Source: Salinimicrobium sp. (GTDB taxonomy: Archaea; Thermoplasmatota; Poseidoniia; Poseidoniales; Poseidoniaceae). Taken from it: DNA of 64,000 nt. A model generated the notes under the pieces. It was not told where the DNA came from. It worked only from the letters and a program-made list of their open reading frames with translations, and made no database searches. A program made the position numbers and the translations under genes. Where the stretch lies: NCBI GenBank assembly GCA_964228865.1, contig CAXRAI010000016.1, positions 54,440 through 118,439 of the forward strand, given 5' to 3'. The first letter of the stretch is position 1; each line of letters begins with the position of its first letter. Positions 23,342 to 32,773 of this stretch are shown here, one piece after another.

Positions 23342-24661
23342 GGCATGGTCGGTGGTGGAGGCGACGCGCTCGCATCCACACTCCCTCCGCACGCCGAGGC
23401 TTGGCTCGACGGCCTCATGGCGGCCCCAGATGGACTGCGGGAAGTGGTGAACCGTTTGTTCTCCCTCGGCTCGCGCGTGTGGCTGGTCGGAGGTTGCGTC
23501 AGGGACGTCCTCTCCAACCGTGGACGTGAACCCCACGATGTGGACTTGGCCGTCGACGTCGAACCCGCCGTGATGCTCGAGGGCTTTGGCTCCATGGCCA
23601 TTGACACCGGTTCTGCCTTTGGAACGGTGACCCTCAAGGCCAGCGGAGGCGTTGAACCGTTCCAGGCCACCACATTGCGCATCGACGGCAGGTACGTGGA
23701 CGGACGGCGGCCGGAGGGTGTCGAACTTGTGACCGACATCGCCCTTGACCTCGCGCGTCGGGACCTGACGATCAACGCCATGGCCATTGACCTTGAAACA
23801 CGGCAATTGATCGACCTCCACGGAGGCCGAAGCGATCTCCTTGCTGGTCGACTTAGAGCGGTGGGCTTGGCAGACGAGCGTCTGGAAGAGGATGCGTTGC
23901 GTGTTCTTCGCGTCTATAGATTCGCAGCTGGAACGCCACCGCATCATGAAAAATGGAACGTCGATGGCCCGCTCCGAGCGGCCTTACGCAACAGGGCATC
24001 TGGCCTCGTTGCCATCCCTGCCGAACGCATCTGGGGCGAGTTCTCAAGGCTGCTCGACGCACCGTTGGCCCACCACGCCTTGGGCATGATGCACGAAGAC
24101 GGCGTGATGCAGGCCCTTCTGGTGGACCGCCATCCTGCGAACGCCGGACTCGAGGCCCTCCAAGGCGAGCAAGGGGTCGGCGAGGAGCGCCTGGCCTTGC
24201 TCCTTTCCGACCACGACGCCTCCGAGGTGGAGGACATGCTGCGTGGACTCAAGGCACCAAAACGGGTGATGTCCCGCGTCCGGAGGCTGGTGAACGCCAT
24301 GCGCATGCCGCCTCCAACCAACAGACAAGCCGTCCGTGTGCTGCGTTACCGTTGGGGCGATGATGTCGAGGCCACGCTCCGTTTGGTCGAGGTGCTCGAA
24401 CGGCAAGGCGCCCTCCAAGGCTGGGCCGCTGCGAAGCCCCTGATCGAGGACACTCCGCCTGCCCAAGCGGACGGGCCCCTGCTCGACGGTCATGCCATCA
24501 TGGAAGCCACCGGTCTTGCCCACGGCCAAGCCCTTGGGCAGTTGAAGGAATGGTTGCATTACCTCCAAGTGGAACGTGACGTGACCAGCAAAGAGGACAT
24601 GCTCAATCTGCTCTGCCGATTGCCTTGGGAACAACCCGACAGCACGTGGCCAAGGCTCTGA
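23342..24661 (+). CDS. cca: Class-II (bacterial-type) CCA/poly(A)-polymerase-family tRNA nucleotidyltransferase
   Basis: LVGGCVRDVL...DVDLAV is the Pol-beta head with its DxD, and RDLTINAMA is the signature motif. There is no HD domain. The start was trimmed to the internal ATG MVGGGG; an alternative ATG is MAAPDG at about 23417. Confidence 0.7.
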   Translation, partial: GMVGGGGDALASTLPPHAEAWLDGLMAAPDGLREVVNRLFSLGSRVWLVGGCVRDVLSNRGREPHDVDLAVDVEPAVMLEGFGSMAIDTGSAFGTVTLKASGGVEPFQATTLRIDGRYVDGRRPEGVELVTDIALDLARRDLTINAMAIDLETRQLIDLHGGRSDLLAGRLRAVGLADERLEEDALRVLRVYRFAAGTPPHHEKWNVDGPLRAALRNRASGLVAIPAERIWGEFSRLLDAPLAHHALGMMHEDGVMQALLVDRHPANAGLEALQGEQGVGEERLALLLSDHDASEVEDMLRGLKAPKRVMSRVRRLVNAMRMPPPTNRQAVRVLRYRWGDDVEATLRLVEVLERQGALQGWAAAKPLIEDTPPAQADGPLLDGHAIMEATGLAHGQALGQLKEWLHYLQVERDVTSKEDMLNLLCRLPWEQPDSTWPRL

Positions 24662-24708
24662 CCCTGTACGGCCACACCTTCAAATCTTGACCGCGTTCAT
24701 GGCGGCCC

Positions 24709-25551
24709 ATGGTGCGCAATGCCGTGGTCAACCTTGCCCGTCAACGCGCGGCTGAAGCCTTGCGTGCCAAAGGCGTCACGAACGACGTCATTGACCGGTT
24801 GCCGTCGATCGAGGATGGCTTCGTGAATTGGATTTCACGGAGTGAGATGCCGATGGACGCCATCGACGACATGCTGCGATCCCGAGGAGGCTTCGTTGAA
24901 CCAAGCGACCTGTCCAACATCGTTGAGAAAACCACGGGGCATGCACCTCCTGCCTGGGTGCTCGACCTGTTGATGACGTCCATGGATGCAGATGGAGACG
25001 GCCTGTTGTCCAACACGGAGGTGTGGACCTGGGCCCACGACCGAGGCCTGGAGGTTCCCGCCCATCTCATGGCGACGGAGGAACCTGAACCCACGCCTGA
25101 GCCCGAACCCGTGCCCGAGGCACAACCTGAGGCCGCACCAACTCCAGACGTTCAAGAGGCCCCCGAACCGAGGCCTGAACCGGTCCGTGCAGAGCCTGCT
25201 CGAACGCAGCCCATGGAGCGCCCCAAGGCTGCAGAAGCAGCCTCACAATCGTCCTTAGAAGGCCTCCTGGATGCCTTTTCCCAGAACCTTCGCGGCGATG
25301 AAATTCAAGCGATTTTGGACGCCAACACCCACGCCTTCCACATCTCGGGCACGGTGGAGGGAAACAAGGCCACGCTGCTTGGGGAGGCCGGATGGCGGGA
25401 CGGTCGAACCTTGACCGTGGCGACGATGCTGGGCGAGGTTGATGTGCAACTTCACAGTGCTGCATTGACCGACCTTCGGGTGCTGGACCACCACGTGATG
25501 CTCCACGATTGGAACCGAGGCCTGGCACGACCGGTGTTCCGTCTTGTGTGA
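24709..25551 (+). CDS. Hypothetical protein with an EF-hand-like Ca-binding loop and a Pro/Glu-rich linker
   Basis: DADGDGLLSNTE fits the DxDxDG...E EF-hand loop. A low-complexity linker EEPEPTPEPEPVPEAQPEAAPTPDVQEAPEPRPEP follows, then a C-terminal globular region. The stop abuts the acyl-CoA dehydrogenase stop, so the two genes are convergent. Confidence 0.45.
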   Translation: MVRNAVVNLARQRAAEALRAKGVTNDVIDRLPSIEDGFVNWISRSEMPMDAIDDMLRSRGGFVEPSDLSNIVEKTTGHAPPAWVLDLLMTSMDADGDGLLSNTEVWTWAHDRGLEVPAHLMATEEPEPTPEPEPVPEAQPEAAPTPDVQEAPEPRPEPVRAEPARTQPMERPKAAEAASQSSLEGLLDAFSQNLRGDEIQAILDANTHAFHISGTVEGNKATLLGEAGWRDGRTLTVATMLGEVDVQLHSAALTDLRVLDHHVMLHDWNRGLARPVFRLV

Positions 25552-26691
25552 TCACCGCAACGCTCGTGCGATGACGAGGCGCTGGACTTCCTGTGTGCCC
25601 TCGTAAATCTGGGTGATTTTCGCATCGCGGAAGAAGCGCTCGACTGGGAATTCCTTCGTGTAGCCGTAGCCTCCGAGCACTTGGATGGCACGCTCTGCGA
25701 CCCACATCGCCGTGTCACCGGCAAACAGCTTCGCCATGCTGGCTTCCTTGCTGTGCCTTGGCCCGTCGGATTCGTAGTGATGCTCCTTGGCCCACGCGGC
25801 ACGGTACACCAGCAGACGTGCCGCGTCAATTTGCGTCGCCATGTCAGCAAGAATGGCGGTGATCATCTGGTGAGCCACGATTGGCTTCCCGAAGGTCTCG
25901 CGCTCATGGGCGTACTTGAGGGCCGCCTCATAGGCGCCCTGAGCGATGCCAAGGGCTTGGGCCGCGATACCGATACGGCTGTTGTCCAACGCGTTCATCG
26001 CGATGGGGAAGCCGTTGCCTGCGCCCTTGAGCACGTTGCCGACAGGGACCTTGCAGTTTTCCAAGACGAGGGTGCAGGTGTCTGAGGAGCGAATGCCGAG
26101 CTTGTCCTCTTTCTTTCCAACCGTGAGGCCTTCGAAGGCCTGCTCGACGATGAAGGCCGTGGTACCGCCGTGCTTCTTGACGCCAAAGTCCGGGTGGTCG
26201 ACGTCCTTAGCAAAGAGCACGTAAATGCCGGCTTGGGCGCCGTTGGTGACCCACATTTTCTCGCCGTTGAGCAAGTAATGGGTCCCGTCTTCGCTGAGTT
26301 TGGCTCGGCAGACCATGGCCGCGGCGTCGGTACCCGCGCCCGCTTCACTGAGCGAATAGGCTCCGACTTCACCGGCGGCGAGACGCGGGAGGTAGGCCTG
26401 CTTCTGTTCCTCGGTTCCATGCAGGTTGATGGTCATCGCACACAGGCCGACATGAACACAGAACATCACGGCAAATGAAGGGTCGACGCGTGCGAGTTCC
26501 TCCACAATGATGGCTTCAGCGATGTCGTTCATCTTCGCCCCACCGTATTCGTCGGGGATCGTGACGCCTTGAAGGCCGAGTTCCAGGAAAGCCTGCCACT
26601 CGTCCGCTGGAGGGCGCTGATCGCGGTCCCTTGCCTCAGCGGTCGGGGCCAGCACGGATTCTGCAAAATCACGGACCATCTCACGAATCAT
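25552..26691 (-). CDS. Acyl-CoA dehydrogenase
   Basis: This is full-length ACAD: MIREMVRDFAESVLAP..., the GGYGYTKEFPVERFFRDAKITQIYEGTQEVQRLVIAR C-terminal signature, and the catalytic-Glu region. The ORF-track 5' extension is unlikely to be coding. Confidence 0.9.
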   Translation of the reverse strand: MIREMVRDFAESVLAPTAEARDRDQRPPADEWQAFLELGLQGVTIPDEYGGAKMNDIAEAIIVEELARVDPSFAVMFCVHVGLCAMTINLHGTEEQKQAYLPRLAAGEVGAYSLSEAGAGTDAAAMVCRAKLSEDGTHYLLNGEKMWVTNGAQAGIYVLFAKDVDHPDFGVKKHGGTTAFIVEQAFEGLTVGKKEDKLGIRSSDTCTLVLENCKVPVGNVLKGAGNGFPIAMNALDNSRIGIAAQALGIAQGAYEAALKYAHERETFGKPIVAHQMITAILADMATQIDAARLLVYRAAWAKEHHYESDGPRHSKEASMAKLFAGDTAMWVAERAIQVLGGYGYTKEFPVERFFRDAKITQIYEGTQEVQRLVIARALR

Positions 26692-26824
26692 CTCGTTTTC
26701 TTCGCTCTCGAGGAAGTCCACCGGCTCACCTGTCCTCAGCACATGACCTCGGCTCTTCAAGCATGTGCATGCGCCAAGTGGAGGCTTTGGTGGCATTGAA
26801 ATACCGCGTGTTTTACGCGGCGAC

Positions 26825-27229
26825 ATGGACGAGGAGGACATCGAGTTCACCATCGCACACAACCGACGCTACTCAAACGCACACCTGTGGTTCCAAGACG
26901 TGAAGGACGAACGGGTGATGATCGGCATCAGCGAGTACTTGCTCGCCGACGCCGGAGCGGTCCTGCGCGTCAACTTGCCCGACCAAGGGCAGGAAATCGG
27001 CGAGGGCGATGTGCTGTTCTCGTTGCGGACCGAATACGAAGCGCTCCGCTTCACGTCCCCGTTCTCGCTGAAGGTGACCGAAGTCAACGGTGAACTGGAA
27101 AGCACGCCGGAGACCATCAACGACTCGCCGTACGACAACGGCTGGGTGCTCATCATCGAACCTCATGACGACGCCGATGACGCTCTGCTCGAGGCGGACG
27201 AATACATCGAGTTCCTCCAAGAAGCCTGA
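26825..27229 (+). CDS. GcvH-like (glycine-cleavage H protein fold) protein lacking the lipoyl-lysine
   Basis: YSNAHLWF...GISEYLLADAGAV...GEGDVLFSLRTEYEALRFTSPFSLKVTEVNGEL aligns with the GcvH ESVKA...P motif. The lipoyl Lys position is Tyr (TEYEA). Confidence 0.55.
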   Translation: MDEEDIEFTIAHNRRYSNAHLWFQDVKDERVMIGISEYLLADAGAVLRVNLPDQGQEIGEGDVLFSLRTEYEALRFTSPFSLKVTEVNGELESTPETINDSPYDNGWVLIIEPHDDADDALLEADEYIEFLQEA

Positions 27230-27264
27230 GCCAAGGCTAAGGTCCATCCGGCTCAGCCGGGGCC

Positions 27265-27852
27265 ATGGAAGAGGCCATGCAACGCTTGACCGCGTCGCTT
27301 GAATCGGCGCCGATCGTGTGGAAGGACGGCTACCCGTACTTCGTCCACCCCGTCACCGATGGCGTGCCTCGCTTGGAAGGAGAGGTGCTTGCCGCCATTG
27401 TCGAGCTCATTGGCCAACAGGTGAACTGGTCAGAGGTGGACCTGATCCTCGGCATTGAAGCGATGGGGTTGCCGTTGACCGCACCGTTGTCCGTCCAGCA
27501 CGACCGCCCCCTGGTGGTCGCCCGCAAACGGGCCTACGGACTCGAAGGTGAAGTGGTGGTGGACCAAAGCACGGGCTATTCGAAGGGCACGATGTACCTC
27601 AACGACGTGCGTCCCGGGGAGCGGGTGCTCATCGTGGACGACGTGCTCTCCACAGGCGGGACCTTGCGGGCGGTCATCGACGGCATCCGACGGTGCGGTG
27701 CAGAAGTGGCACAAGTGGTCATCGTGGTCGAGAAAGGCCCCGGCATGGCCGACCTCCACCGCGACGATCCTTCGCTCAACCTCTCCGCACTCATCGCGGT
27801 GGACGTGGTGGACGGGCGGGTCGTGACGCGTCCTGCGACGAGCATGGCTTGA
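27265..27852 (+). CDS. Purine phosphoribosyltransferase-family protein (Apt/Hpt-like, type I PRTase)
   Basis: The PRPP-binding motif is VLIVDDVLSTGGTL, and the protein is about 195 aa. Confidence 0.7.
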   Translation: MEEAMQRLTASLESAPIVWKDGYPYFVHPVTDGVPRLEGEVLAAIVELIGQQVNWSEVDLILGIEAMGLPLTAPLSVQHDRPLVVARKRAYGLEGEVVVDQSTGYSKGTMYLNDVRPGERVLIVDDVLSTGGTLRAVIDGIRRCGAEVAQVVIVVEKGPGMADLHRDDPSLNLSALIAVDVVDGRVVTRPATSMA

Positions 27853-27886
27853 AAGCCGGAGGACATGACGGGCATACGGGAGCGCC

Positions 27887-28993
27887 ATGGACCTCGACCG
27901 TCATGATTTCCAACTCGAGGAGTTGATGACGCGCATCAAAGACGGTGACCACCGTCTCATCGCCTTGCAGGTGCCCGAAGGGCTCAAGATGCAAGCGCTG
28001 GAAATGATGGACGCCATCGAAACCGACACCAGCGCAAAAGTGGTGCTGGCCGCCGACCCTTGCTACGGGGCATGCGACCTGGTGCACGACAAGATGCGGA
28101 TGATGGGCGTGGAACTTGTGGCGCACATGGGCCACTCGCAGATGAACATCGACTCAGGCATGCCCACCCAATTCATCGACGTGACCTACGAGGGCGACCC
28201 TGAACTTCAGCCCGTTCTGCCGATCCTTCATGCCCACCGTGAGGGCGCCAAGAAGCGCCTTGAGGGGGCCAGCGATGTCCCCCTCACCGAGGAAGAAGCA
28301 CAGGAGCGCTTCCTCGATGCCGTTGGGCGAACAGCGGCCTTGACCGATGTGAAACTCGGCTTGGTGGGCTCCATCCAGCACCTGCACCTCCTCCCCGCCT
28401 TTTGCGAGCGCCTCGAAGAGGCGGGATTCGACGTCACCGTGCCGCTGGGCGGTGCTCGACTGACCTTCCCCGGACAGGTGCTTGGCTGCAACTATTCGGG
28501 CGATGACGACAACATCGGCCACTACCTCTTCCTCGGAAGCGGAGACTTCCATCCGATTGGTTTGGTCCTCCACACCGGCAAGCCCCTTGCCATGCTCGAC
28601 CCGTACACCGGCGAAGCCACCGAAATGTCGCTCCAGCGCATCGAGCGCATCCTGCGGCAACGCTTCGGGCTGATCATGGCCTGCCAGGACGCAGAACGCT
28701 ACGGCATCCTCATCGGCGAAAAGCCCGGCCAGATGCGCCGAACCCTTGCCCTTCGCATGAAGCGCATGCTCGAGCGCCACGGAAAGAAGGGATACTTGCT
28801 CGCCCTCGAACACGTCGGCCCAGAACTCATCGACTTCTATCCGGTCGACGCCTTCGTGAACACGGCTTGCCCCCGCATCGCCATCGATGATGCGGTGAAG
28901 TACGCCAAGCCCCTGATCACGCCGTTCGAGCTTGAGGTGACCCTTGGCGAGAAGGACTGGGGCGAAGGTTACCGCTTCGACGAAATCCCCTGA
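27887..28993 (+). CDS. dph2: Diphthamide biosynthesis enzyme Dph2 (2-(3-amino-3-carboxypropyl)histidine synthase)
   Basis: This archaeal Dph2-like protein of about 368 aa has the conserved Cys-containing blocks CYGACD and NTACPRIA. Confidence 0.8.
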   Translation: MDLDRHDFQLEELMTRIKDGDHRLIALQVPEGLKMQALEMMDAIETDTSAKVVLAADPCYGACDLVHDKMRMMGVELVAHMGHSQMNIDSGMPTQFIDVTYEGDPELQPVLPILHAHREGAKKRLEGASDVPLTEEEAQERFLDAVGRTAALTDVKLGLVGSIQHLHLLPAFCERLEEAGFDVTVPLGGARLTFPGQVLGCNYSGDDDNIGHYLFLGSGDFHPIGLVLHTGKPLAMLDPYTGEATEMSLQRIERILRQRFGLIMACQDAERYGILIGEKPGQMRRTLALRMKRMLERHGKKGYLLALEHVGPELIDFYPVDAFVNTACPRIAIDDAVKYAKPLITPFELEVTLGEKDWGEGYRFDEIP

Positions 28994-29003
28994 TTTGGGG
29001 AGC

Positions 29004-30221
29004 ATGTTCAAGAACGGCTGTCGTCGTTGTTGCTACGTTATGGTCGACTACCTCGATGCCATCGGAGCGGGCCTCATCCTGCTCGACCCGACCCCCCTCG
29101 GGTTTGACTACCTCCCCACGGAGTTGGTGGCCCGGGATGAGTTACAACGCGCCCTTGCAGGCCGCTTTTCCAGCCTTGGCCACGCCAGCGGCTCTGGACG
29201 TGCGGTCATCACCGGGCCGGTCGGGAGCGGGAAGACCAGCCTCGTCCGGCGTTTCTGTGACGACGTCGCCCGTCACCTCATCGGCACGCGTGACATCGCC
29301 GTGGCCCACATCAACTGCCGAAACGAAAACACGACCATGCAGGTGATGCACAAAATCGTCGCACAGATGGACGAGCGCCATCCTGACCGCGGGTTGTCCA
29401 GCGGTGAGTTGCTGGCAAGCATCCGCCGCCTGGTGTCCGCCCGACGCGGGCACCTGATCGTGGTGCTCGACGAGGTGGACCACCTGCTGCGACGAGCGGG
29501 CAACGACATCCTCTACCACTTGCTGCGCATTGACGAGGATGCCGCGTCGGAAGGCACGCTCTCGCTCATCCTCATCAGCCAAGAGCAGATCCTCGACGTG
29601 TTGGAGGGCGCGGTCATTTCGCGGCTCGGGGCGTCCAACCACCTCCGAATCCCCGCGTACAAGCGAGAGGAACTGTCGGCCATCGCCCAACAACGGGCCG
29701 CATTGGCCCTTCGCCCCGGCTCATGGCAAGCCACCCACATCGACCTGATCGCGGAAGCGGCCGCCACCAACGGTGACGCTCGGGCGGCCATCGAGTTGCT
29801 CGATACCGCCGTGCGCAACGCAGAAGCCGACGGACGACGTGAACTGCGTGCCGACGACATCCAGCGGGCGGCGACCGAACTGCCAAGCACCCATGCTGAC
29901 GGCCTGATCGACGACCTGAACCTGCATCAGTTGCTGGTGCTCTTGGCCGTTGCACGGCGCCTGCGGCGCGCCGACCACATCACCAGCGGAGACATCGACC
30001 AACTGTATGCTGTCGTGTGCGAGGAACACGAGGCTGAAGCACGCAGCCACACCACGATCTGGAAGATCGTGAAAGAGCTCGAAGCACAAGGCCTGATTGC
30101 GACACGTGTGGCGCCTGTCGGCTCCGGCCGAGGGCGGACCACGCACGTGACCATGCCAACGGTATTGCCGGCAGACCTCATCCCAAGGATCGAAGATGCC
30201 GTGCCAAGACGGCGGCGCTGA
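29004..30221 (+). CDS. orc1: Orc1/Cdc6 replication initiator (AAA+ with C-terminal winged helix)
   Basis: LLDPTPLGFDYLPTELVARDELQRALAG is the family N-terminal block and ITGPVGSGKTSLV is Walker A. Walker B is IVVLDEVDHL, and a C-terminal wHTH follows. The start was trimmed to an internal ATG after the Dph2 stop. Confidence 0.85.
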   Translation: MFKNGCRRCCYVMVDYLDAIGAGLILLDPTPLGFDYLPTELVARDELQRALAGRFSSLGHASGSGRAVITGPVGSGKTSLVRRFCDDVARHLIGTRDIAVAHINCRNENTTMQVMHKIVAQMDERHPDRGLSSGELLASIRRLVSARRGHLIVVLDEVDHLLRRAGNDILYHLLRIDEDAASEGTLSLILISQEQILDVLEGAVISRLGASNHLRIPAYKREELSAIAQQRAALALRPGSWQATHIDLIAEAAATNGDARAAIELLDTAVRNAEADGRRELRADDIQRAATELPSTHADGLIDDLNLHQLLVLLAVARRLRRADHITSGDIDQLYAVVCEEHEAEARSHTTIWKIVKELEAQGLIATRVAPVGSGRGRTTHVTMPTVLPADLIPRIEDAVPRRRR

Positions 30222-30289
30222 GGCCCATTTTGGCTCCGGTGAGCATAAATAGAGGCCGCATGTCGGCGGACTGCACCTTGGTGAGGCTT

Positions 30290-30772
30290 ATGGCTGATGG
30301 AGAATTCATTGCCGTCGTCAACGACACGAACCCGGCCAACAACGGCCGCTCGTACAACGTGACGATTTCCGGCAACAACCACGCACAGTTCCTCGGAAAG
30401 CGCATCGGCGACGTCGTCGACGGCATCTTCGTGGGCGAAGGTGACACCTCCCTGAACGGCTACAAGCTGGAAATCACCGGTGGCTCCGACAAGACCGGCA
30501 CCCCCATGCGACGCGATCTTGACGGCGGCGCCCGCCAATCTGTCCTCGTGACCGCTTCGACCGGATACAAGGGCCACAAGCTCGTCCAGAAGACCAAGAA
30601 GGGCGAAAAGCGGACCTTCCGCTATGTCCCTGACGGTCTGCGTCGCCGCCGCAACTTCCGCGGCAACACCGTGACTCAGGACACCCGCCAAATCAACCTC
30701 AAGGTCGTCGAAGCCGGCAACAAGCCGCTCGAGGCCATCTTCGGTGCCGACGAGGAACCGGCCGCGGAGTGA
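30290..30772 (+). CDS. rps6e: 30S ribosomal protein S6e
   Basis: The start was trimmed to MADGEFIAVVNDT. SYNVTISGNNHAQFLGKRIGDVVDG and KGHKLVQKTKKGEKRTFRYVPDGLRRR are S6e signatures. Confidence 0.85.
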   Translation: MADGEFIAVVNDTNPANNGRSYNVTISGNNHAQFLGKRIGDVVDGIFVGEGDTSLNGYKLEITGGSDKTGTPMRRDLDGGARQSVLVTASTGYKGHKLVQKTKKGEKRTFRYVPDGLRRRRNFRGNTVTQDTRQINLKVVEAGNKPLEAIFGADEEPAAE

Positions 30773-30815
30773 ACCCCGAGAGGGACGTCGAGCACAACAG
30801 GATGGAGGGGGAGCG

Positions 30816-32054
30816 ATGGCACGTCGACTCCCGCGCCAACCTGAGGTCAACATCGGACTTGTTGGTCACGTTGACCACGGCAAGACCACGCTGACCCAAG
30901 CGTTGTCCGGCGTCTGGACGGACACCCATTCCGAGGAACGCAAGCGCGGCATTTCCATCAAGCTCGGATACGCGGACACGGCCTTCTACCAAACCGAAGA
31001 CGGTGCACACTACCCGCTCGGCCGCCGTCCTGACGGCAACAAGGACGTGGACGAAGAACTCCAGCGCGTGGTTTCCTTCGTGGACGCGCCTGGTCACGAG
31101 ACGCTGATGGCGATCATGATCACCGGTGCATCCCTGATGGACGGCGCCCTCCTGATGGTGGCCGCCAACGAGCCATGCCCACAGCCCCAGACCCGGGAGC
31201 ACCTCATGGCCCTCGAAATCGCAGGCATTGAGAACATCGTGGTCGTTCAAAACAAGATCGACCTCGTTTCGCGCGAACGCGCAATGGAATCCCATGCTGA
31301 GATCAAGGCCTTCCTCAAGGGCACCATCGCTGAGCACGCGCCAATCATCCCGGTCTCGGCCCACCATGACGTCAACCTCGACGTGTTGATTTCAGCCATT
31401 GAAGCCTACATTCCCACTCCGGACCGTTCCGAAGATGTGCGCAGCGTCATGCACGTCGCCCGTTCCTTCGACATCAACCGACCCGGCACCCGCCCCGGCA
31501 AAATGCGTGGAGGTGTCATTGGGGGAAGCATCGTGGAAGGAACCTTCTCGGTGGGCGACGAAGTCGAAATCGCTCCAGGCCGCCGAACCGGTGAAGGCAA
31601 CAAAGCCGTGTGGGAACCCATTCAAGCCACCATCAGCAGCATCCAAGGTGGCGGCTTGAACCTCGACACCGCCCATGCTGGGGGCTTGGTCGGCATCGCC
31701 ACGAAACTCGATCCTGCGACCACCACCGCCGACAACCTCAGCGGACAAGTCATCGCCCTCCGGGGCGAACTTCCTGAGATCCGCGAAACCATTCGCGTCG
31801 ATGTGGACCTGATGGCCACCATGGTGGCCGGTGACGGAGAGGCACCTGAGCCCATCCATCGTCTTCGCAACAACGAGATGCTGATGGTCAACGTGGCCAC
31901 GGCCACCTCGGTTGGCGTGGTGAAAAACGTCGAGAAGAACCAAGCCACGCTTCAACTCCGCCTTCCCATCTGTGCGGATGCCGGTCAACGTGTTTCCATT
32001 TCGCGACGAACCGGTTCCCGATGGCGCCTCATCGGCCATGCCACAATCGTGTGA
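30816..32054 (+). CDS. eif2g: Translation initiation factor aIF2 gamma subunit
   Basis: NIGLVGHVDHGKTTL is the G1 motif, DAPGHE the G3 motif and NKID the G4 motif, followed by the zinc-knuckle region. The start was trimmed to MARRLPRQPEVNIG. Confidence 0.9.
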   Translation: MARRLPRQPEVNIGLVGHVDHGKTTLTQALSGVWTDTHSEERKRGISIKLGYADTAFYQTEDGAHYPLGRRPDGNKDVDEELQRVVSFVDAPGHETLMAIMITGASLMDGALLMVAANEPCPQPQTREHLMALEIAGIENIVVVQNKIDLVSRERAMESHAEIKAFLKGTIAEHAPIIPVSAHHDVNLDVLISAIEAYIPTPDRSEDVRSVMHVARSFDINRPGTRPGKMRGGVIGGSIVEGTFSVGDEVEIAPGRRTGEGNKAVWEPIQATISSIQGGGLNLDTAHAGGLVGIATKLDPATTTADNLSGQVIALRGELPEIRETIRVDVDLMATMVAGDGEAPEPIHRLRNNEMLMVNVATATSVGVVKNVEKNQATLQLRLPICADAGQRVSISRRTGSRWRLIGHATIV

Positions 32055-32063
32055 GGCGGGAAC

Positions 32064-32429
32064 GTGGAGCTGATCATCGACGCCTGCGGTTGGGCCGCAG
32101 CGGTCGACGCCAGCGTCAACCTTGACCATGCGTTGATGCCCTTGGTCGGTCGACCCACGTGGTTGGTTCCCGTTGGCGTGCGGGAGGAACTCGGGGTCCT
32201 TGACCAACAACGGCGTGGACTTTTGCTCGCCTTGCTGGACGAGCGTGCCACGCTTGTGGAGCCTGAGCAGCTCGAGGTGCATCCCGATGACCACATCGTG
32301 GCCTTGGCCACCGCTCGACAAGCGGCCACCCTGACCGTGGATCGTGCCCTCAAAGGGCGGTTGATTCAGGCAGGTTGCCCCGTCATCGAAGTGGTTGACG
32401 GCCACCGACTTCGTCGGATTGACCCCTAA
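32064..32429 (+). CDS. PIN-domain protein (GTG start) in the conserved position downstream of aIF2-gamma
   Basis: LIIDACGWAAAVD carries the N-terminal PIN Asp, and the protein is about 120 aa. Archaeal eif2g is often followed by a Nob1-like PIN gene. Confidence 0.5.
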   Translation: MELIIDACGWAAAVDASVNLDHALMPLVGRPTWLVPVGVREELGVLDQQRRGLLLALLDERATLVEPEQLEVHPDDHIVALATARQAATLTVDRALKGRLIQAGCPVIEVVDGHRLRRIDP

Positions 32430-32773
32430 GGAAGGGTGAACAGAACGTCGTCGTCGTGGCCGTCCAACAGACGCAGGCGAACGCCCGCATCGATCCATGC
32501 ATGAGCGTAGTTGATCGCTCCGAAGGCCCGAACAAGGTCACCGGTGGTCAGGAAGTGTGCTGCATCTGAGGCGTAATCGTCGGCCATTCGAAGCAAGCGC
32601 TGAAGATCATCCCACGCTGGTGTCCCCTCCTCAGGAAGTGGTGTGGCTTTCGCTCGAGCCTTGGCGGTCAAATCCAGATAACGCTGGACCCGCTCAGGTG
32701 TCACTTCCGTTGGGTGGTCGCCCTCAGTCATCAGCCAGCCCTCCTCGTCGACGTACGCGCTCAACATCGTCAT
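32426..32773 (-). CDS. DUF357 (COG1849)-like small archaeal protein
   Basis: The C-terminal block DAAHFLTTGDLVRAFGAINYAHAWIDAGVRLRLLDG matches the DUF357 YAHGWLDAG motif. The start was trimmed to the internal ATG MTMLSAY. It overlaps the upstream beta-propeller gene by about 50 nt. Confidence 0.45.
   Translation of the reverse strand: MTMLSAYVDEEGWLMTEGDHPTEVTPERVQRYLDLTAKARAKATPLPEEGTPAWDDLQRLLRMADDYASDAAHFLTTGDLVRAFGAINYAHAWIDAGVRLRLLDGHDDDVLFTLP

Noticed and set aside
22882-23787. Full 301-aa minus ORF upstream of the ParB-like motif
   Set aside because: The N-terminal 170 residues are Ser/Pro/Thr/Arg low-complexity and antisense to the start region of the CCA gene. Only the C-terminal ParB-like block was kept, and at low confidence.
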